DNA of 63,752 nucleotides, the filler included, from Phoronis australis (taxonomy: Eukaryota > Animalia > Phoronida): NCBI GenBank assembly GCA_002633005.1. It is 4 parts of 4 records of this genome, joined end to end, with 100 filler letters (N's around TTAATTAATTAA, not from the genome) between each part and the next. Parts side by side here need not be neighbours in the genome. Positions count along the whole stretch, not along the records: positions 53,501 to 63,752 come from NMRA01000408.1; 3 more parts are not named here. One strand, written 5' to 3'. Of this stretch, positions 56,139 to 63,752 are shown in pieces. Each line of letters begins with the position of its first letter. Position 1 is the first letter of the stretch. The position numbers and the translations under genes were made by a program. Below the pieces are notes generated by a model. That model ran no database searches and had not been told where the DNA came from. It saw only the letters and a program-made list of their open reading frames with translations.

Positions 56139-56456
56139 TCCCAACTTTCTGTCTTACGATATTGTTATTCTTGGACTTTACAAGACGCAAGATTTCCTAT
56201 TTAACATTTTACTTCTACTAGCTAAACAGTACATTTACAAAGAGAGATGTCACAAAAATATACCTAATTTTCTCAAGTTCGTTACAAAAACTTATGAATA
56301 CTATAATGCTGAAAAATTAAATGCACATAACAACTTTGTACATGACAGCTTCTCTGCAAAATGGGAAAAATTTATTTTTCATGTTAAGTTCATGTAGAAG
56401 ATATTTACTTTAAACGAGATATGAGAATGGTCTTCCTGAGGTGTGCATGCGTGAAT
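56139..56456 (+). mobile_element. L1/Tx1-like LINE 3' fragment
   Basis: IVILGLYK...FNILLLLAKQYIYKERC...PNFLKF...AEK...KWEK-stop (56397) resembles Tx1/L1 ORF2 C-termini. Confidence 0.65.
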
Positions 56457-57521
56457 NTATAAGTTGACGACCATTACTATTGCTTAATCGCAATTAACAA
56501 GTGTTTCATTTGATTATTAGTTAGATTTCTTCCACTTACAGGCGTAGGATAGCTCGTGGTGTGGACGGCACTTACGACAGATGAAGAAAGATGACGCCAG
56601 TAAGCAAGTTCGCAACGATATTAGTTCAGTGTGAAATTACTCCACTTAATAGAGCAGTGCACTATTAACAGCCAGTTACCCGTTTTTTTTGTAGCCAAAC
56701 AGTCATAAAACCCTTACAAAAAGAGAGTAAACTTGCCCGGTATAAGTCTTGAATTAATGAGCTTAAAAAGCTTTCGGCCAAGAGAGTTGTCAATGCACAC
56801 TAGGACAAGGCTGATGTAGGAATTAATGGCAAGCTAGAGAAAGCATTCAACATTAAGAAGTGAATGTAGAACTGTGGAGTTGTGCCATCATTATCACAGG
56901 CTAAAGGGTAAGCACCCGTATGGCGCCATCACGTGTTTACATGTGATGTTGTACTGCTCAACTGGAAATGAGTGGCGACTTTAAAACTTCTTTCCGGAAG
57001 AACCTGTTGACCAATACAAGGGCTAAAGTGAGTTTGTTCAGGTCTCCTATGGCCTGTGCGCGACTGATGCATTGCAAAGGACACCAGAGCTCATGTACTC
57101 CTTTTAGAGACAATTATCAAAGAAATTGTCAGATATCGACACACGCAAAGCAAACTAATAAATCTGCCACTAGGGGGCACAACGCTAGTTGCATTTGTCA
57201 GAAACACGAATCAAACATTACGATCCTTAGTGCTTTGGCTGACCGAGAGGCAGGCACTGTTGAGGTACAGCAACAATCAGATCCGTCCGAAAATTTGGCG
57301 CGTCCCACATATTTTATAAAAAAAACGTGTCGGGAAAATATCAGGATGCATTAAGGGGGTTTGAGAGCTGCCTGATGAGAGGGCGACGCCGGACGTTCTG
57401 CCAGACATAGATGATGTAACACCCACCCAAATATGTATATGTGGGCACCATAGAAGTTACCTGTATCGATCCGTATTGAAATTTTGCTAATTTCACGCCA
57501 TCAGTTGCATGTATATCTTTA

Positions 57522-57719
<198 letters not shown>

Positions 57720-58275
57720 TCAAGATAAATCTAAATGTGTTCTATTTTTGTTCTGTGTTCAGTCAGTAATACGCAGAACTATTTTGAGTTACTAGTAAGC
57801 TACTTAATTTGTCATATTTGCCTAATTAAACTGTCGCTACAATTGTAAAGCTGACGCCGTCGCAACACACAGTGTTCTATTTTTATGAAAGAATAAACGT
57901 GTCATTGAATACGTGCATACATATACACTCACGGCTGAAAGTATGTACATTGAAATCGCAAGTTAAGTGATGTTTTGTCGAAAGTGTGGAAGTCCTGTAA
58001 GTTGTAAAAAATGACCCTGTGCACTTGTCACGTCTGGTAGCATTACACCACCTACATGCTTTTACATCGAGCGCGTGTTAACAAACATACAAAACAATTT
58101 CTAACACAATGAATTCTGAAAATGCGTGCATATCGAAAGTGCACAAAATGCAAAGCCTTAGAAACGATGACGTTGGATCTCAGTGAAAACAGATTGTAGA
58201 AATGGGAGACGTCTTGTGTTTACAGGTTTCATGGAGATTATTGGTAAGGTTTAAGTTTCACACATAGGGGGGTAC

Positions 58276-58415
58276 CTGGCAAGAGTCTTTGCCGCCTTCA
58301 TCGTAACCGGCACATATCATGGTGTTGTCAACTTCTCCTGGATACATCTGGTTACACTTAGAGTTTGAAATTATGGGAACAGATACTTCCTGAAGTTTCG
58401 AGTTGTCCCCAGTGC
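58276..58415 (-). CDS. Trypsin-like protease exon (Asp189 pocket)
   Basis: LQEVSVPIISNSKC...MICAGYDEGGKDSCQ; Asp189 predicts Arg/Lys specificity. Confidence 0.95.
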
Positions 58416-58609
58416 CTGAAATAGAGCAAACAGGCAGAGAACATTGGTAGGCCAAGATGCATTGCAGATGTACAAGACAATCGTGTAGGCGACAGTGATG
58501 GTGTAACAGGCTAATACTGCTGTTGTCATGGTTACACTAAAATAGCTGACAAATGGAACGATGAGATGAAGATAATACCGATGATGCCCGCCATGAGAAT
58601 GACAAACTA

Positions 58610-58772
58610 CCGGGAATTTCCGTAGATAAGCCCATGGGCGTGTATTCGGAAAATGAAAATTTTCAGGCATGTTAGCAACAACAAATAAACGCCCGGTGTT
58701 TATTCGGCATGATTTCCCGAATAAACGCCCATGGGCGTTTGTTCGGTTAGGATTACCTACGGAATATCCCGG
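58610..58772. mobile_element. 163-bp MITE with TA TSD
   Basis: TA|CCGGGAATTTCCGTAG ... CTACGGAATATCCCGG|TA; internal GCCCATGGGCG repeats. Confidence 0.7.
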
Positions 58773-59621
58773 TATGAAAACCCAGTATAAGTTGACAATT
58801 GGTTGGGAAGAAACAAGTGGTCTCTGCCTGCTAAAAATTTGATATTTTACATTGATGTAATTGTTCGAGCTTCTTGTGTCAGTGACGATGCAATATGGGG
58901 GGCGGGANGCGTGATCGGTCGCGACCACGGGGTGGGGACACAAAATGATGACGAACGGGGAAAAAGAGATAGAGTGAAATAGTTGCCAAGTGAGAGAGGG
59001 CGGCGGCACCATAATGCTGCGCTTTATGGACGGTAATTATCACGACGAAATACAATGTGTACTGCATGTAGCACTTAATGCGACATTTGACATCTGTAAA
59101 GTTGACGTGTGACTCTCTCCTTGATTCCATCTCCTTCTTGAAACTCGATCGGTCGTGCCTCCTTCTGGAGAAACTGGTTGTGCGCATGCCACTGTTTTTA
59201 GTGGACATAATTTTGTTCATACTGTACATGTACACCCGTTCTTTACAAGAGGACGTCACGCTTTAACCAGTGCAATTACTGAATGTTGTAGGATTTTACA
59301 ACGAGTCTATCTATGGTAAACACAAGACCAAGCGTCTTAATGGAAATGTGTTCATCTTAAGCAGCAGGAATGTAACGAAAATGTGTATGTGGACAAGTGA
59401 AGAGCGCGGATCGAAGATAAGCCCGTCGGAATGTGCTTGTTCTTTTAAACCGATGTACACAAACCTACACAATTTCATATAGAAATTATAAACTTTACTT
59501 ATTTTGGAAAAATCTAGTGGATTTTACAAAGAGAAGTTTTTATTTCACAAAGTATTAAGCATTTTGGTATCCTGGTAAAGGAGTGATTCCCCGAGATACC
59601 TGTAAGCTTAAAGGGCCATAC

Positions 59622-59772
59622 CTTCAGTGGCTCCCCAGCCGGTGACAGTAGCTAATGCGTTATTGAAATCACCAGCGCTGGATGCGGGAAGGCAAACTGG
59701 CTTCACATGATTGTCGAATGTGAGCGGATTCGCAAGGAACAACAAGGCGATGTCGTTAGACAATGTGCGACT
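59622..59772 (-). CDS. Trypsin-like protease exon (catalytic Asp)
   Basis: SRTLSNDIALLFLANPLTFDNHVKPVCLP...ATVTGWGATE. Confidence 0.95.
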
Positions 59773-60636
59773 CTGAAAATTAGAAGAAACTATTAGTGTT
59801 CGGTTCTGATCCTATTACTAGTTATTCATGACATTGAGTTTTGAATATTTCTATTTAGAGGGTCATTAGCGGTTTTGGCGGCTGAAAATCCGTTTTCGGG
59901 ATCATTGTTGGATGGGTTGGACGGCTTACGGTTATAAGCTTTGATCAGACCTATAAAGCAACAAAGTCTGGTACTTTTTTGATCTCATATACTAGCCGCC
60001 AATTCTCGCCGTTGTCTACCAGACTTGCTCAAATCGACTCCAGTGATATTACTCGTTTAAAAAGCTTAAAATAGTTTGTCATCAGCTGCGTTCTGTATCC
60101 TTTATTTGAATCGAAATTAATGGCAAAATAAACAGCCTGGACTTCCCGTGGCTGCCATACTTCATGGTCGATTGAAATTAGCCCGCCGTGATAAGTAAGT
60201 AAGTACTTCTGGTCAGGAGCAATAACAACAGGTCTATATTTTCAAACCTACACTGTACAAATCAAGTTCTAATCGAAGAGACAAGATGAGATATAAATAA
60301 AGAAGTGTTTTTGATAGGAATCGCAGGTTTATTACCCGTTTGCTAAGAACAGGTAAGAAGTTATAATGATTAGCTTATAGAGCCTTCAACGCGGAATAGG
60401 CCATTTAGGAAAGCTAAGTGTTGTAAAATTATACCGTCTGGCGGGGATCAATAGAGAATAGGGAACTTTCAAAACAATCCATTCTGTAGAACGTTTTTAA
60501 AAACTAAGTTGCGGTTTTGGTTTCCGTTTTCAGGGGGATAAGTAATTTGTACGGAAAGCATCATTGTCTTTTCGCTGATTGAACTGTACGCATGCGCAGC
60601 AACACTCATTAAGCTTCCTCTGTATATTCTACTCAC

Positions 60637-60751
60637 GCTGTAGCCGGAGTGTTTTGTGTAAGAACTGACGCGCACGACCTGCTCTGTTCCATCGTCAAGG
60701 TTGAAGTTGTGTTCACCGGCTGCAACGTAAAAGTTTTTGGCATTTCCGCTC
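60637..60751 (-). CDS. Trypsin-like protease exon
   Basis: SGNAKNFYVAAGEHNFNLDDGTEQVVRVSSYTKHSGYS; phases fit neighbours. Confidence 0.92.
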
Positions 60752-62560
60752 CTGAAAATAATCCCAAACTGTGTAAACAACTGTAAACTTTCACTTTGTT
60801 TTCTGGGCGAGGTTTACAGTGTCAACAAATTGGCTGTAACACTGCTGAGTGCCGTTCACACACAGACTTACTGTACCCCAGAACAAGGTACTCTTGGAAC
60901 GAATTGTCGTTAGGTTTGAGTGCTATCTGGACGCTATTTAAAGTTGCACAACTTAAATCACTTGTGACAACTTACTAAACATTATCGAGGTGGGGTAGGG
61001 TAACTTGCGCCACCTGTAATCGTTGTGTGACCGCAAAAATGGGGTAGGGCGGAAGTGATTATCAACCGCGGTTACACACAGACAGGCTTCTCTTGCGCGC
61101 TGTATAGCCATTAGGTAGCAACAGCTAAGCTGCAGCCAGAGCATCAGGATGTGTGTCAAGTTTGGAGGCTGTTTTGAAAAATGCGTTGAAATAGTTTTAA
61201 CGAAAATAATTTCTTTGTGATTTTGAAAGAGCCACCTTTTTGGCCGTAACCTATTTTCATGCAAAATGGCGGCTGCAGTTTGCTATCAACTCATGTCGCC
61301 TGCTTTCGGAGAAACCGACACGATTTCAGGTGGCTGTCAAACCGATCAAAATTGCGAAGAATGTAGCGTGGTAAGGGGCGTACTATGACGACATTTTTAG
61401 AATGAGCATTCTAAATATGGTCCTATTTTTCAGTGCCGGGATTTTCTTTCGATGTGAATTCATCGATTAAAAATCTGTAGCATATTCAAGCTTCTGTTAT
61501 CATGAGTAGTGCTTGTGAGTTGGGCATGATACAAAACATTTATTTTCTCAAACTTTTTAAAACTACAGTGTACGTTAAGAAACCCATGGACGCAATGTTT
61601 TGTGATTGGTTCATACATATAAAATGGAAAGCCATTATTGCTATCAAAAATTACATTTATCAAAAATTACATTTATAGTTCATTTTCATCATTTCACTAG
61701 CAGGGTAGACAGCCTTCGCACCTCGCGCACCGCAGGGACATTCTTGTAAACAGGGTTGTTTTATGACCCCGCACATATTTCCTTTTTATTTCACGAGTTA
61801 CACTTTGCTTATGTGGTAAAATACGTTCAACTCATGAAATGCGGTTTATGAAAAAAACGAACTTTCTTTTAAATAATTGCAGCCAGTCTGATACACGTTG
61901 CAGGACACGTGCGTTAGGCCGCGCATGTGGTTCCATTACATTGATTACCTGGAACCATTTTTATGTTTTATTAATACATGTGTCAAAGTTAAAACCGAGC
62001 TGAAGACCTGGAAACCAGACTCAAGGGTTTAGCAGTGTGACCCAGTGATACTCGAACCCACGACCTCTAGTAAAGAAAGCGAGCACCTATAGGTCGGAAC
62101 CTAAATTAATTGCTTTAGATAAAAAACTACAGTTCCCAAGAAGACCGTGTTATTGTAACGGAAGCGTACGCTGTTAGTGAGAAACTCCCTGCGGAATGTG
62201 AGGAGGGTTGACTATCTGCTCAATTTGGTTGAATATGGGCACCACAAACGCAAAAGTGTACTGTAGATTATGTCTCCAACGACATTACAGAAGCGTATTA
62301 TGCGGGAGGGCAAAATTAACGGGTAAATTCGGGCAGTCGAACATTATGCGGGACACTCCAGACAGAAGGGAGAGAAATCTGTGGCGATGACGGAGGGGGG
62401 CGAAGCCAGTTGGTGACGGCCCATTGGGATGAAATTCGTGGCGACTGGGGTGAGGGGGACTGAAATTCTCCAACGTCCTCAGTCGTGGGAAGCTGTGCCA
62501 TATCCCCCCAAGTCCGCAAACGCCTTATGCCGCTGTACCTTACATAACACGTCAACTTAC

Positions 62561-62655
62561 ACACAGTGCGCAGCAGTTACAACTGTATTCTCGTCAATAA
62601 TTGATCCTCCGCAGATGTGGCTGCTGCTTCCTGAACCATGGTTTCGAAGAGAGAT
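62561..62655 (-). CDS. Trypsin-like protease exon (catalytic His)
   Basis: ISLRNHGSGSSSHICGGSIIDENTVVTAAHCV. Confidence 0.95.
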
Positions 62656-63606
62656 CTGAAGACACAATGTCCCGCTTTTATCGAATTAATACGAGTGTTG
62701 AGACATTTTCCTATATTGACAATATCAACATGAGGTAAATCACGGTAGTCGTGGCACAAGAACATCATACATTTTTATCAAAAATATATTTTTTCTACAA
62801 GACTGTTGGATCATATGTTAGAAATGCCATATTGTCTGTTTTTCTGAAAGTTTGTTTAACAATACGCACTAGACAAACATTAAACCCGTCACTCCATACT
62901 TGAACTGTAAAAGAGTCATTTTAAGGAAAAATAATGGCTCATTATTTTCTGTTTGACGTAGTTGAAGAAAGGATAAAACTGTCGGCATAGATGAATCAAT
63001 GGTTATCTGTTAACAGGGCTGCATTCCAGAGGCAACACAAAGTCGAAGCACTTGTGTTAAATGTCAGCAATAGTGTTTAAACGTGTCGGTTGAAATGCCT
63101 CAGTGAACATTTTTATCAATAATTAGGCATTGTACAAGAAGCAATTTACACGAAAAACGAGGGAACGTTTTACATTTGGAAAGTAAACCTATATACTGAT
63201 AAACGAGGCGGAAAACGTCAAAATAAAACTGCCAGGTGAAAGTACTCAACAAAAATGTCTTACACCCCAGAGCCCTCTGACTACGGTCAATTGCACAGTT
63301 GTCTTCTTGTGACGTATTGTAAGAAAATGGGAAAGTGTCCCTGCGCGATTCAAACTTTGATGATCATACCTCACTTAGAACAAAAATGAGTATAATGGTG
63401 TCAGAAATTAATAAAATACAGTGTAGTAGCCTAAGAAACCAACGCTCGGACGCACTTTCCAATCGTTTCCACGACGAGTATTGACACGCGACAGGATTGT
63501 GAGCAAGTCACGTCAAAGCTTTTATTTCTACCATACTCGCAGATTGTGATGGGTCCTTGTCTTCATGTCCTATTACGATACAAGTTTGACTTAAACTCCC
63601 ACTTAC

Positions 63607-63686
63607 CTGCCAAGGCCATTCTCCGTGTCGCGCTTCCTGTCCTCCTACGATCAGCGGATCAGTTGACTGAAAGCTGCTTACACCAC
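63607..63686 (-). CDS. Trypsin-like protease exon (activation site)
   Basis: GGVSSFQSTDPL-IVGGQEARHGEWPWQ; upstream exon(s) not found, probably beyond the window. Confidence 0.93.
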
Positions 63687-63752
63687 CTGCAAAGAAATAC
63701 TCTTTCCCCTTCATTTTAGTTAGGAGAGGGAGAGGGAGACGGAGAGGGGGAG

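Overview
Eukaryotic, intron-rich, repeat-dense animal DNA, most likely from an invertebrate draft assembly. It has three 100-nt gap linkers (N44-TTAATTAATTAA-N44) and several single-N joins. Host genes rebuilt by hand from splice sites: (1) the first coding exon of glucosylceramide synthase (UGCG, - strand, 7433-7530); (2) the CCR4/CNOT6 deadenylase (+ strand, 8 coding exons 23347-37652; first coding exon not found; one exon present twice across an N join); (3) a decayed Cys-rich GCC2_GCC3/ephrin-receptor-like repeat gene (+, 46194-51669); (4) a trypsin-like serine protease (-, 7 exons 55418-63686, signal-peptide exon not found). The rest is largely mobile DNA: two Penelope-like elements, a Gypsy LTR with SCAN-like gag, Sola3-like, Kolobok-like, Tc1/mariner-type and hAT-like elements, Helentron-like repeats, LINE fragments and minisatellites. 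Best leads: a Gypsy LTR with an hsp70-like cluster of heat-shock elements before its TATA box; a minimal hammerhead ribozyme with an intact core in sense orientation inside a CNOT6 intron; CTCF-like motif arrays in Helentron-like repeats; and a cationic G/N/K tail with a GGA-to-TGA-like stop on the trypsin. No database searches were run; family names come from recalled motifs.
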